From NCBI RefSeq assembly GCF_009914755.1, contig NC_060942.1: DNA of 64,000 bases. One strand, given 5' to 3'. Below, one piece after another: positions 45,882 to 60,231 of this stretch. This DNA comes from the human T2T-CHM13v2.0 reference genome, Homo sapiens. The position numbers and the translations under genes are program-made. The first letter of the stretch is position 1. Each line of letters begins with the position of its first letter. Under the pieces are notes generated by a model that was not told the origin of the DNA, did no database searches, and was given only the letters and a program-made list of their open reading frames with translations.

Positions 45882-48133
45882 GTAAGAATATTTTTATTCT
45901 TCAGAAGACTAATAATACAGAAGAAAGTAACACATGTTTACAAATCAGGCCTTGTGTACTCAGTCATGTATTGTAATAAGTAACATTAGTCAATCATTCA
46001 TTATTTCTGACTTCATGATTTCCAAAGAATAGAATCACCCCAATAAAATGAATGCATTTTCTTCTCTGACAGAATAGCTAAAAACCTAGGAATAGAAGTC
46101 CTTTGTTCCCTTGTCAGCAGATAATAAAATACCATTTCAGACTGCTTAAAAACAATATTTATGTCTTCAAATGTGCATACTGTGCTTTATGAAGAAAGTC
46201 TAGTTGTTATTTATTACAGCATAAAGCACTATTGCTAGGGAAGTGTATGTGGTTCTTAGGAACAAGTACAAAGCATGGGGGAAAATGACAATGTGCTACC
46301 CTTGATTTAGATTTTTACTACACATAGTGGTGGCTCAATTGTACCTGTATTTGCCAGTGACTAAATGTATAAATGGCTAAATATAAAGACAAATATTAAT
46401 CAATAAAAAATGGAAATAATGCCTGAGGCTATGATGCCAAATATTTAGTTACATCTCTCCAAGTAGGCTACAATGTGGCCTGATCACATCTCACTTTATT
46501 ACCTGGCTTCCAATAATTAGAAATTAAAGGACCACATGCCCCACATATTTTCTTGTGAAAATCAGTCTCTCTCTTTATGGGGCTAAACATGATCTCATGG
46601 GGAAACTGGACAGGAAAAGGACACATTACAAATTTCTCATCCAATACTCTTAGCCCCCATGTACAAACCACCCTTGAAGATCCTATACTCCACATTCTGT
46701 GATATGCCCTTCGCTCTCTGAATACTCAAGGCTTTAGAGTTTAAAAAGTGTTTTCACTGGGTCATTTTGGCTCTAAGTAATACATACTAACTCCACATCC
46801 CTTTAGCAAGAAATGAGAAGATATAGAATGAAAAAAGTCATATCATAAAAAAAGGAGAAGTATCTAGGCCTCAGACAGGACTTGGAATCAAAAACTGAAA
46901 AAGCACCAACAATCCAAGTCACTTCTCTTTGATCATTTGCTGCCTGCATAGAGGCTTTTATTAACTGTGCCCCCCAAAAATGAATGTCTCTTCATCTCAT
47001 ATGTGAGAAATGTACATCTACTACATTGAGAGATGTGGGAATTAGAATCTGAAGTCCAAAGATAACAGTCCCAAGGAGAGAGATTACAATGGAATATATT
47101 TTTTCTGGATTCTAATTGTGACACATCAGGTTTAGCTGACACGTGAAGAGGATAAGTTTTAACACTTTCCTCTGCTGACATACAAAATTATTTATAGTAG
47201 TAATAATAAAAAAGAGGCACATTATATACAAAGGAATGTAAGTAAGTATATCAGTAGATTTCTCAGGAGAAATCTTGCAGGCCGGAAATGAATGAGGTCA
47301 TATATTTAAATGCTGAAAGAATAAAACTGCCAACCAAGTATAATTTACCTGGAAAATCTGTCTTAGAGAAATGAAGGAGAGATGAAGAGTTTTCCAAACA
47401 GAGGTTGAGGTAGTTCATCACAATATATCTGGCCTACAAGAAATGCTAAAGGTAATTCTTTAAGCTAAAATGAAAAGACCCTAACAAAATGAAAACATAT
47501 AAAAGTGTAAAAGTCACTGGTAGAGGTAAACATAAAGTCAAATTTAGAATATTGTAATAATGTAGTGGGGTGTATAAATAACTTAAAACTCTAATATAAA
47601 GCTAAAATAATATTAAATAATATAGCTCTAATATTTTATTAACGAATACAATTACAAAAATATAAATTACAACATCAAAAACACAAAATGTGGTGAAGAG
47701 GGAAAAATATGCAGTGTTTTTGTATGTCATCAAATTAAAGTTGTCAACTTAAAATAGACTATTACAACTTTAATATGTTTTATGTAAACCACATAGTAAC
47801 AACAAAGTAATAATCCATAGTTCATATACAAAAGATAGTGGAATTGAAGCATAAATCATCAAATCACAAAGGAAGACAGCACAAGAGAAAGCAAGAAACA
47901 AAGGAGCTACAAACAACCAGAAAACTATAAACAAAATGGCAAGAGTAAGTACTTACCTATCAACAATTACTTTAAAAGATAATGAAATAAATTAAATTAA
48001 TCAAAACACATAGATGGATGAATTTAAAAAATAAAAGATCCAACTCTATGCATTCTACAAAATGTTCACTTTAACTTTAAAGCACATAGACTAACACGTA
48101 AAAATGGAAAGGTGGAAAAGATTCCATGTGACA

Positions 48134-48449
<316 letters not shown>

Positions 48450-48491
48450 TTAAAGGAAAATAGGACTAACTATACTTACATCAGACAAAAT

Positions 48492-48772
48492 AAACTTTAG
48501 GTCAAAAAATGTAACAAGGGACAGAGAAATCTATTATATAAATAATAATAAACTGTAATAATAAAATAACTAATTTATCAAGAGGATAATATTACGAGAG
48601 AATCCAAGAAGACAATGATACATCATGAAGAAACCTTAGGTCAAAAAATGTAACAAGAGACAGATAAACCTATTGTATACGTAATAATAATAAACTGTAA
48701 TAATAAAGTAACTAATTTATCAAGAGGATAATATAACGAGAGAATCCAAGAAGACAATGATACATCATGAAG
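48492..48772. repeat. 2-copy tandem duplication (~140 bp) inside L1
   Basis: aaac(t/c)ttaggtcaaaaaatgtaacaag...gacaatgatacatcatgaag at 48492-48630 and 48631-48772. Confidence 0.95.
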
Positions 48773-51406
48773 ATATAACCATTGTGAACATGTTTGCATT
48801 CAACATCAGAGCACCTAAAAATGTAAAGAAAATATGAGCAGATCTGAACAGAAAAAGAGACAGCAACCAATAATAGTAGAGGACTTCAGCACTCTACTTT
48901 GAACAAAGGACAGATCATCCAGACAGAAAATCAACAAACAAACATTGAACTTGGACTACTGTTTAGACCAAATAGACCTAACAAATACATACTGAATATT
49001 TCATTCACTAGAAATAGAATACATATTCTTTGCAAGTGCACACAAAATATTCTCCAGGATAGATCATAATTTAGGCCACAGAATAGCTATTAACACACTT
49101 AAAAGATGAAAATGATATCAAGTATCTTTTCTAATCACAATTTCTACTTTTCTAAGAAGAAATGGTCAGTAACAGGAGGAAAATTCACAAATATTTGGAA
49201 ATTAAACAACAAACTTCTGACAACCAATGGGTCAAAGAAGAAATCAAAAGGGAAAATTTAAAAAATTGACATATAAACACAGTATACCGAAACTTACGAG
49301 ACACAGGAAAAGCAGTTCTAAGAGGAAAATTTACAGCAATATATGCCTATATGAAGAAAAAAATAAAAATCTACAATTAACAACCTAACTTCACATCTCA
49401 AGAAACTAGAAAAATAAGAACAAACTAAGCCCAATGTTAGTAGGAGGAAAGAAATAACAGTGATCAGAGCAGCAATAAATGAAATAGAGACTAGAAAAAC
49501 AATAGAAAAGATAAACAAAACCAAGATTTGGTTTTTGAAAAGATAAAAATAAAAAAAATGACAAAGCTTTAGGTAGACAGACCAAGAATAAAAGAGGGGA
49601 TTCAAATCAAACATGAGAGAGAAGATACTAAAACTGTTACCACAAAAATACAAAGGGTAATTAGACTACTACATGAAATTATATTCTAACAAATTGGACA
49701 ACCTAGTAGAAATCAATAAATTCCTATACACATACAACCTACCAAGACTGGATCATGAAGAAATAGAAATTCTGAACAGACTGTAACAATTAAGAATGGT
49801 GAATTGGTATTCAAAAACATTCATCAAAGAAAAGCTCAGGACCACTAGGCTTCAGTGGTAGATTCTACCAAACATTTAAAAAAGAATTAATATCAATCCT
49901 TCTCAAATTCCTCCAAAAAACTGAAGAGGAGGGAACACTTTCAAACTCTATTACCAGGCCAGAATTACTCTGATACCAAAGCCAGACAAGAGTACTATAG
50001 GAAAAAGAGTACTGCAGGCTTTATCCCTGGTAATCACAGAAGCAAAAATCCTCAACAAAATACTAGCAAACCAATTCAATAACACATTAAAATGACCATA
50101 CATCATAATTAAGTGGGCTTTAGCCCTGAGATACAAGGATGTTTCAACATATGCAAGTTAATAAACCAGATGCAACACATTAACAGAATGAATAAAAATT
50201 ATATGATCATCTCAAAAGATTCAGAAAAAGTATTTGACAACATCAACATCTGTTCATGATAAAAACTCTCAACAAAAATAGGCATAAAAGGAATGCACCT
50301 CAACAAAATAGAGGTTTATATCACAGACCCACAGGTAACATACTCAAAAATGAAAAGTTGAAAGTTTTTTCTCAAAGATGAGTAACAAGATAAGGATACT
50401 CAATCTTGTAACTCCTAATAAACACTTCTATGAAAGTAGCATTTCTAGCCAGAGCAATTAGGCAAGAAAAAGAAAAGACAAGCAAATTGGAAAGGAAGAA
50501 GTAAATTTGTCTCTTTTTGAAGATGGCATGAACTTATATATAGATAACCCTAACAACTTCAACAGCTGTTAGAAAAAATAAATTCAATGAAGTTGTATAA
50601 TGCAAAAATCTACATAAAATATCAGTTCTGTTTCTATAAACAGTAAACTATCAAAAAACTTAAGGAATAATCTCATTTACAACAATAAAGTAATGTATTT
50701 ATAAATAAATTTGCCCAGAGAGTTGAAATATATGTACACTGATAATTATAAAGCAGTCACAAAAGATATTATAAATGAAAAGAATTAATGGAATGATATT
50801 CATTGCTCATGGGTTGGAAGAATCAAAATGTATATACCACCCAAAGTGATCTACAGATTCAATATATTTCATTTTTTAAAAAATTCAATATTTTTTACAG
50901 AAATTAAAAAATAAAAATAAAAAATTAAATTTATATGGAACCAGCAAATACTCTCAATGGCTAAAGCAATCTTGAGCAAAATAATAAAGCTGGAGGCATC
51001 ACACTTTCTTTTTCAAATTGTGTTAAAGATCTACAGTAATCAAAAAATGGCATAAAAACAGACATACATTAATGGAACAGAATAGAAAGCCTAGAAATAA
51101 ACCCATACCTATACAGTCACCTAATCTTCAAGAAGTGTGCCATCAATATACAATGAGGAAAGGAGAATCTTTTCCACTAATAATATTAAAAATACTGGAT
51201 ATCCACACACAAAAGAGTGAAATTGGATCTTTACTTCACACCATACACAAAATCAACTCACAAAAAATTAAAGACTGAAGCAAAAAAAAAACAAAAAACT
51301 AAAAACCAAAAAACAAAACAAAAAAATAAATAAACAAGTGTGATTGCATCAAACTAAAATGTTTCTGCATGGCAAAGGAAACAATCAACAAAATGAGGAG
51401 GCAATC

Positions 51407-52133
51407 TGCAACCGCCCAATGGGTTCTCCTTGTCTGCTGCCTAGATAGATAGGATTTGTAAAGATAGTAATCACAATGGTGAAAGATTAATTCACGTAGA
51501 AGTGGCCATGCAGGAGACAGGAGTTTTATTATTACTCAAATAAGTCTCCCTGAGCATTTGGGGATCGGAGTTTTTAAGGATAATTTGGTGGGTATTGTCT
51601 CAGAAAGTGGAGCGTGCTGATTGGTCAGGTTGAAGATGAAATCATAGCTGGTCGAAATGAGGTTTTCTTGCTCTCTTCTGTTCCTAGGTGGGATGGCAAA
51701 ACTAGTTGAGCCAGATTACTGGTCTGGGTGGTGTCAGCTGATCCATTGAGTGCAGCATCTGCAAAATATCTCAAGCACTGATCTTAGGTTTTACAATAAT
51801 GATGTTATCTGCAGGAGCAAATTGGGAAGGTTCAGACTCTTGGAGCCAGAGGCTACATGATCCATAAATTGTAATTTCTAATCTGTAGCTAATTTGTTAG
51901 TCCTGCAAAGGCAGACTGGACCCCAGGCAAGAAGGGGGTCTTTTCAGAAAAGGCTGCTATCGATTTTGTTTCAGAGTCAAACCATGAACTGAATTCTTTC
52001 CCAAAGTTTGTTCGGCCTATGCCCAAGATTAAACAAGGACAGCTTAAGTGTTAGAGGCAAGATAGAGTCAGTTATGTCTGATTTCTTTCACTGTCATAAT
52101 TTCCTCAGTTATAATCTTGCAGAGGCCGTTTCA
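51407..52133 (-). mobile_element. LTR8 (ERV1) solo LTR
   Basis: Minus strand begins tgaaacggcctctgcaagattataactgaggaaattatgacagtgaaag and ends cccattgggcggttgca; 4-bp TSD aatc. Confidence 0.9.
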
Positions 52134-52847
52134 AATCTATGCAATCAGAGAAAATGTTTGTGAATTTTATATCTTATAAGGTGCTAACATCCAAAATATA
52201 TATAAAATTCATACAACTCCATAGCAGAAAAACAAATAATCTGATTTTAAAATGGCCAAAAGACTTGAATAGACATTTCTCAATGACATACAAATGGCCA
52301 ACAGATAAATGAAAGAGTGATCGACATCGCTAATCATCGGGGTAATGCAAATCAAAATCACAATGATGTTAATTCACACATATTATGATGGCTATTATCA
52401 AAAAGACAACAACTGTTGATGAGAATGTGGCATAAAAGGAACCCTTGTACCCTACTGATGGGAATGTAAATTGGTACAGACATTATCAAAACAGTGTGAA
52501 GGTTTATGGAAGTTCCTCAAAAACTGAAAAATAGAACTATCATATAATCCACCAATTCCAATTATGGGTATTTTTGTTAAAAACAAACAAACAAACAAAC
52601 AAAAACTATCAGTATCCCAAAGAGATATCTGCACTCTCATGTCTATTGGAGTATTCTTCACAATAGCTAAAACATGGAAACAACCTAAGTGCCCATCAAT
52701 AGATGAACAGATAAAGAAAATGATAAATAAAAACATAAAAGACAGGTGGCGTATTTCAGCATCTTTCTAGTAGTGATCCTGGCTATTAAATTTGAGTCAT
52801 TGAGTCTGGTTCTCCAGCCTTGCCAACTATTATGTGAATTATTTTAA

Positions 52848-52905
52848 AAACAACAGCAACAACAACAACAAAACAAAACAAAACAAAACAAAACAAAACA
52901 AAAAA
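52848..52905. repeat. (CAA)n/(CAAAA)n microsatellite
   Basis: Read directly. Confidence 0.92.
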
Positions 52906-53929
52906 TCCTCAAACTCTTTTGCAGCATAATTAGCTGAATCTACTGGCTTTCCAGGGGCAAGGATGATATATATTTATCCTCAATGTCCCTATCAACTCTA
53001 ATAATCCCTAAAAATAATAAAATAATTTATCAATAAACATTTGGTGTTCTAAGACATCTGTTTTTCAGGCAGTAGTAGACATACACTGTTACTTGCATGG
53101 CAGTCGTAGAGCAGTGTGAGGAAGAAGAGGGAAACAGAAGAGAGGAAGGGGTAGAGTACGAACTGGAAATAGCCTTTAATAAGGTCATGAACAAAGTCTT
53201 CAGCATCCCAATTGTTTTGATGATGATTGCCATATTCACGTTGACCTATGGTTATGTTAATTTTGCCTTATGAACCTCAATATTCTTTGGCTGAAAAAAA
53301 TCAAAATATCACACACAACACTCGTTTCCTAGAGACTGAGCATAAGAGAGTCTTCTGTCTTCATTAATGTGTTAATGAGCTAGGTCAGATGTTTACAGAT
53401 TTTCATCAAATTAATCAGACAAAAAACCCTGTAGTCAACTTGACTTCCTTTCTCCAAAGTTCATTAAAATATAATCTTTGACAATTAAATTGAGCATTGC
53501 TTATCTGTTGCTGGGATACCATTTCTCCTCTAGTCAAGAAGGTACTTAGGATGGAGAGAAAGAAAAATAATGTTTGGCCATATGCCCATTTGGAAGGTAT
53601 TCATCATTATCGTAATATAATATTAATTTTCATAAGCTACTATAGCACGCTAGAGCCAGAACAAAAAAAATAGTATTAAGAATTTATTTTACAACTGTAG
53701 AAAATTTGTCCTAATGACAAGCATTCAAATATTTAAGTTCATAAAAATTTAGTGGTAAAATCTGGGCCACTACTATATATTCATCAATTTTGTTCTTATT
53801 CCTAATTAAAGGTTTTACTGTATCTAAACAATTCCCACTGTCCTCAGCATAATATGCTTTATTTCCAACTTTCTACTCTTTTGTATTGGAAGCCTATCTT
53901 AAATTCCCTCTTTCAAAATTAAATTTATC

Positions 53930-54660
53930 AGCAAGAGTCCTAGGCTGAGCCTAAATAGGAATTTAGGACTATAAAATATTATGTCTGGCGAACAGTAGTC
54001 CAGGAAACTAGAGGCCTATTGAAAACAAAATCATGTACCACTATATGCAGCTTGAACACTGAAAATGGAAATTACCTGCCCCTACCCAGATTACTGACCA
54101 TACTAACATGACTTTACTACCCCATTGTCTTCATCAGCATAACATTACTATTTTATGACTTTTGCCCAGGCAAATAGCTTGACTGCTCCTTAGAGGAACT
54201 TTCCAAAAGACTCATCAACATTTCAATAAAATCCATATGTGTTGCTTTAATCAATTCTATCATTATATCATAATTCTTATCCAATTCCAGTCAAGTTCTC
54301 ATTTAGAGAACTGGTTCTGCGAAGAGCTCCTGTAGTTCCAGCCACTAAAGAGATTGGAAAATTACTTGAGCCTGGTAGTGAACAATGATCATGCCTGTGA
54401 ATAGCCACTGCACTCCAGCCTGGGCAACATGTCAAGACATCATCTCTTAAGAAAATGTATATATATATGTATATATCTCACTTTGATAGATCTGACTGAC
54501 CCAAACTTTGACTTCTTAATAAATTTCTTCTTTTCCTTTCCCCCATGACACTATCAGAGATCTGTCAAGAAGAATTCTCCTTTACTGTAGTAAAGAAAAA
54601 ACTCAAGCTTTGTTTTATCAACAGTTTTTGGGTTCATGATATCTAGAGAGAAGGCATTTG
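53930..54660 (+). mobile_element. Old LTR remnant (family unresolved)
   Basis: LTR-like 3' text (cttaataaatttcttc..., ctcaagctttgttttatcaacag); boundaries approximate. Confidence 0.4.
54310..54452 (+). mobile_element. FAM / 7SL-derived monomer
   Basis: gatcatgcctgtgaatagccactgcactccagcctgggcaacat is 7SL 3' sequence kept in FAM but absent from dimeric Alu. Confidence 0.75.
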
Positions 54661-54838
54661 ATACTACACAAAGACTAATGAGTTGTCTGGGAAAAAAGAT
54701 CTGTTCATGAAGGCAGGAGTCATGAGCTTGATAATGCAAACAAATGTGAGTCATCAAGATGGCAATTCCCCATATAGCAAGGTCTTTTTCATGTGATTTG
54801 TCTTCTGGGCCAGGCTAACATCAGAATTATGACCAAAT

Positions 54839-55133
<295 letters not shown>

Positions 55134-55268
55134 GACCAAATCTTAATGATAACTAAAAACTCTATACGGTAATGAAGGAAAAGACTGTTTGGATATTCTT
55201 GTTAGTTAAGGTTATTGGGAATTAAGTAACAGAATAACTATAGCTAACACAATGGGTGAAAGTAAAGA

Positions 55269-55694
55269 TGTTACCAAAACACTAGAGGTTCTGTCTAGGT
55301 CCTGCTGATCAGCTCACAGAATGCCAATCACTGAGACAATGAGTATTGCCAAAGCAAAAGCTTTTAATCAGGTGCTGCAGCTTAGGAAAACAGGAGATAA
55401 ATTATCAAATCCATCTCACTGACTAAAATTGGGAGGTGTATATAGTTGAGAAAGTAGAGAGGAGAACAGGAATTAGGGAGGGGTAAGGAAGTGATCATGA
55501 TGGATGAGGGATTCTGGCATCTGTCTGCACGTGGTGATCCAGAGTTTCAGTTCCTTGCCTGATGGTTAGTTTCCTGAGGAAGGAACTCAGATGAGACCAA
55601 TGTAAGTTTCAAGGTTTAAGACCAGGGAGAGTCAATTTCTGCTTATTCAAAAACCTGTAAATATTAGTTCTTTTAAACAATTGGGCCAGTTGTA
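55269..55694 (-). mobile_element. MER31 (ERV1) solo LTR
   Basis: tgttaccaaaacactagaggttctgtctaggtcctgctg...gccaatcactgagacaatgagtattgcc. Confidence 0.8.
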
Positions 55695-56149
55695 AACACT
55701 GCTGGAAATTTTCACTGAATAAAAAGATAAAAATAGTCTCAGGAAGTACAGTGAGCTATGAGGCCTCTTGGTTATAGCAATAAGCTGTCTTGGAAATTTG
55801 ATGGAGAACACATTAAAGAATGAAGCTAAGATTCAATCACTCTTACCACCTGTTTCTAACTTGTTTCTAGATTCCTAGGACAGACAAACTCTCAGTTCAG
55901 GTTAGATAGCCAACCCTGGATGCTCCAACTTTGAGTGAAGGTCTATGTTATATGAATGCTGAGAGCTCCTCTTGTGTATGAAAATTAGAGAATGTACATT
56001 TGCTTAAAGAAAATGAACCTAGTACACCAAGAGAATTACTTTAACATTTTTGCATTTTTCTAGGTATTTTCATTCCTATTTTAAATAAATATATATTTCT
56101 TACCCTTTATTTTAAAAAAAATTTATATTCTTTACCATGCAATCATTTA

Positions 56150-57370
56150 AACTTACAAATATACTTAAAACATATTTCCATGTAAAAAATATTTGAGGCA
56201 TTACTTTAATAGCTGATTGGATGTACTTTCACTGAATGGATGTACTGCCATTATTTCTAATTTATTTATACATCTTTTTAAAGAGTCTCCTGTGAAAATC
56301 CTTCTACCTATATATTGCCATATTGGATTTTTTAAATATTTATAAATATAACTACTACTCCACAGAATATGCTCACTTCAAAGCTGATAGTTTCATAGGC
56401 TCAAATTGCCTCTAGAAATAGTCCAATTCATACTCACAAAAAGAATATGTGTTATTTGCAGTTTTATTGCAACTGTAGTAACAAATTTCATTTTAATTGT
56501 TGACAATTAGATAGTTTTTTTAATGTGTCTCTTACTACCATTATTAAAAGAGAAGTTGAATAGTTTAAATAGTTACTGAAAATGTGTGGTTCTGCTTTCC
56601 TAATTTTCCCTTTTCTATACCTTACCTATCTTCTCTGGATACATTTATTTTTTATCTTAATGCCTAGAATAAGCTTTCTTTCATTGCAGATATAAGTCTT
56701 TTGTCAGGCATATGTGGAACAAATATTTTCCCTATTTGATGTTTTGTCTTTTAATTTTTCCATAGTGCGTTTACTCTGTATAAAAACATAACATGTTTTG
56801 AAGTCAAATCAATGTTTCTCTTTCTTTTATAATTTATTTGAGAGTCAAATTTAAGAGTCCTTCCTAATTCTAGGACAACATAACTTTTGGTTTTATGTAT
56901 TCTGCAGTTATTTTGTAATTACATCTACTCTTAAACCATTTAATTCAATTTTGAATTTTTTGGTTGTTAGGCATAGATCTTCATTAACTTTTATCCCCAA
57001 CTAATGTTATTTCAATAATTATTTATTGTGGGTTATCTTTCACACATTAATTTATTATCTATATGCTTAAATTTGTTTCCGGAATGAACAATCATTTGGC
57101 AATTGATTGTTTGTTCCCCAGATATAAATCCATTGTTCTTGTTTTTTTCCTTTACCAATACCGCCACACTGTTGAATTCCTGAGGCATTATGTTTTAATG
57201 TTTGGTAGAAAATTATTTTCCTCACTATTTTTTTGATTCCAAGTTATGGCTCATCAAAGACTGTGATAATTTAGAAAAACTTTAAAATCGTGTGTCAACA
57301 TCTCAAAATCATTCATTACAAGTTGTAATTATCATAAATTAAATTGATGAAAAATAGTATGTGTATAATA
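56150..57370 (-). mobile_element. Ancient L1ME fragments
   Basis: gtcttttgtcaggcatatgtggaacaaatattttcc, taccaataccgccacactg. Confidence 0.65.
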
Positions 57371-57464
57371 TAAAAGCCGTGAGACTAAAATACAAACTTC
57401 ATCTGAAACTTCATTAATAGAAGATATTCAAAACAAAAAGACAAAAACCATGCCATTTTAAAGC

Positions 57465-57700
57465 TACACAGGTGAGGATATTTTGGTTATTACCAACTGA
57501 AACCAATTCTGATAAATAAGCCAGAAATAACTTTACTGGAAATACCTGGGTAGCTCCCAGAATCAAATAAAAACCCGAGAACCTAAGCCTCAGAAAAGAA
57601 AAGCACCAAGAGAGCGCTGGAAACCAAAGAAGCAGTCCCTTATACTTACCATCAAATTATGTGGTTTCATCCTCTTCTGTCCTATCTACAGCGAATGTGG
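57465..57700 (-). mobile_element. Old MLT1 (J-L-like) fragment
   Basis: ttggttattaccaactgaaaccaattctg...ggtagctcccagaatc. Confidence 0.4.
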
Positions 57701-58411
57701 TAAGTTACAGAAGTTTTCTTGTGTTTTTTCATAGTCGTACATACAAACAATGCACAAAAACTAAAACAAAAAACAAAACCCCACAAAAGTCTTAATTATA
57801 TTGCTTACTTGCTTGCCACAAAGTGAACACTTGAATAATTATCACCCAGGTCAAGGCAGACTATTGTCACCACCTCCAAATTTCTTAGGCCGTCACAATC
57901 TCTAGTCCCTTTTTCTCACCAAAGGTAATTTATAGTGGCTTCTAACATTATAGTTGCAACTTGCTTGTTATTTACATTAATATCATTAGAATTACATATC
58001 ATATATCCCCTTTTATCTCACTGCTTTGGCTCCCCATTATGTTTGCTAAATGTGTCGCTGCAGTTTTTTTCTTTTTCTCTACATTATAGTTTCCATTGTA
58101 TAAATAATACCACAATTTATCCTTTTTTTTCCACTATTGATGAACATTTGTGTTATTTTTGTTTATCTCTTATAAATCTGCTAAAGGCATTCTTGTGCAT
58201 TTCAGCACTTTATGGTCTACTCATATGTGATTTTCCTTTATAATTATCCTGCGTGGTTTTCATTGGGATTTTTAAATCTATGGGTTAGAATTTTAAATCA
58301 TTTTTGAAAGAAAAACTTACCCAGTTTTTTCAAATTATTCTGTTTTTATAACATGGAATGCACTTAAATTGATAACATATGAGTAAATGGCTTCAAAGAA
58401 AAAAGAAAAGG

Positions 58412-58490
58412 GAGAAAAAAGAAAGTTTTTTCAGAGAAAAAAGAAAGTTTTTTCAGAGAAAAAAGAAAGTTTTTTCAAAGAAAAAAGAAA
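58412..58490. repeat. 22-bp minisatellite, 3 perfect copies plus a partial
   Basis: gagaaaaaagaaagttttttca at 58412, 58434 and 58456. Confidence 0.93.
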
Positions 58491-58892
58491 GGGAGAATTA
58501 GGCAGAATAAATTTGAAAAAAACTGTTTTAAATAAATTTGAAAAAAATCTTCATCTTAAGTCTAAGATGAACTTGTATTACTTGAATAAAATTTTCTAGC
58601 TTAATATCATTTTGGTTAGAAAACCACAGTGTTAAAATTTGTTGAGACCTGCTTTAGGTCCCACATAGGGTCAGATTTTAAGTATCCTTATGTTTGAAAA
58701 TAATGCGTATTATGCCATTTTTGGATGCAGTATTCTATAACTCGGTTATGCATGTTAAGTATGCTGTTCAAGTGTTTTAGATCTTTTGATTTTCCATCTG
58801 AAACTGATTGTGGATATGTCTCTTTGTTATTTTATTTCTAGCAATATTTTGTTTTTTAGTTGAGAGGCTAGGTCAAATTTGTACAAAATTAA

Positions 58893-59231
<339 letters not shown>

Positions 59232-59244
59232 TAAAAAGTTTTTT

Positions 59245-59395
59245 AAATTTAACTGTTATTTTAATTCAGGGGTACCTGTGCAGGTTTGTTATATAGGTAA
59301 ACTTGTGTCATGGGGTTTTGCTGGGTGGATTATTTTATCACCCAGATATCAAGCCTAGTATCAATTAGTTAATTTTCCTAATCCCCTCTCTCCTC
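59245..59395 (-). mobile_element. Short L1PA13-15-like 3' end
   Basis: caggggtacctgtgcaggtttgttatataggtaaacttgtgtcatgggg. Confidence 0.8.
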
Positions 59396-59893
59396 AAATA
59401 TGAAATTTAAATTTTTTAATCAACACAATATGGCCCTCTTTATCTCTAATAAACCTTCTTCCACTAAAATTCTAAAATTTAGTTTTGTTTGTTTTGCCTA
59501 GTATATATTTTTCTATGCTTTTTACCTTCAAAATTTTGGACACTTTGGTTTTAAATGTTTCTCTTAAAGTTGCATAGGTTTTTTTTCTTTTCCTACTATG
59601 ATAATCCTTTTTCGGATATTTACTCTATTTATAATAAAAATACTATTATCTTGGGTAGAATTTACTATATTACCATTTAGTTTTGTGATTATTACATACA
59701 TCTTATGTGTCTTTTGCTTTTTTTCTTTGTTTCATATCCTTTGGCTTTATTATCCTTCTAGTAATTGCCCTATAGAACTCAGCATGCGTGTTGCCTTATC
59801 AAATAATGTTAGCTGATACTTTCATCCTTCTCCTGATCAAAATGAAAGCCTTAAAACACTCCAGTCATATCACATCTCCCATCCCCTTAATTT

Positions 59894-59897
<4 letters not shown>

Positions 59898-59940
<43 letters not shown>
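59898..59940. repeat. (TG)n microsatellite
   Basis: Read directly. Confidence 0.97.
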
Positions 59941-59942
<2 letters not shown>

Positions 59943-60116
59943 GCTATCCAATGTCTTAAGCAAATTATTTCATTTTATATTTTGCCTAATTTTTCTAGTT
60001 GTCCTGAGATAATTAGTCTGAATTTATGTCAAGAAATTCTATTTCTATTTTTGCTTCCTGAGGTTTTTACTTATATTCTTCAAGTTCAGCAATGACTTTA
60101 GATTAATAGATATATC

Positions 60117-60231
60117 ATAGTTTTTTTAAGTGATTTAAATGGGGAAAAAACTTTCTCATGAATCTAGTTTATGTATAATAGTTTTTTTATGTGATTTAAG
60201 TGGGGAGAAACTTTTTCATGAATATAGTTTA
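60117..60231. repeat. 2-copy tandem duplication (~61 bp period)
   Basis: atagttttttta.gtgatttaa.tgggga..aaacttt.tcatgaat.tagttta occurs twice. Confidence 0.9.

Noticed and set aside
54310-54452. Functional 7SL RNA gene
   Set aside because: Lacks the S domain and is heavily diverged; it is a FAM/retro-relic
58387-58599. Lys-rich ORF MASKKKEKGEKRKFF...
   Set aside because: Translation of the 22-bp A/T-tract minisatellite
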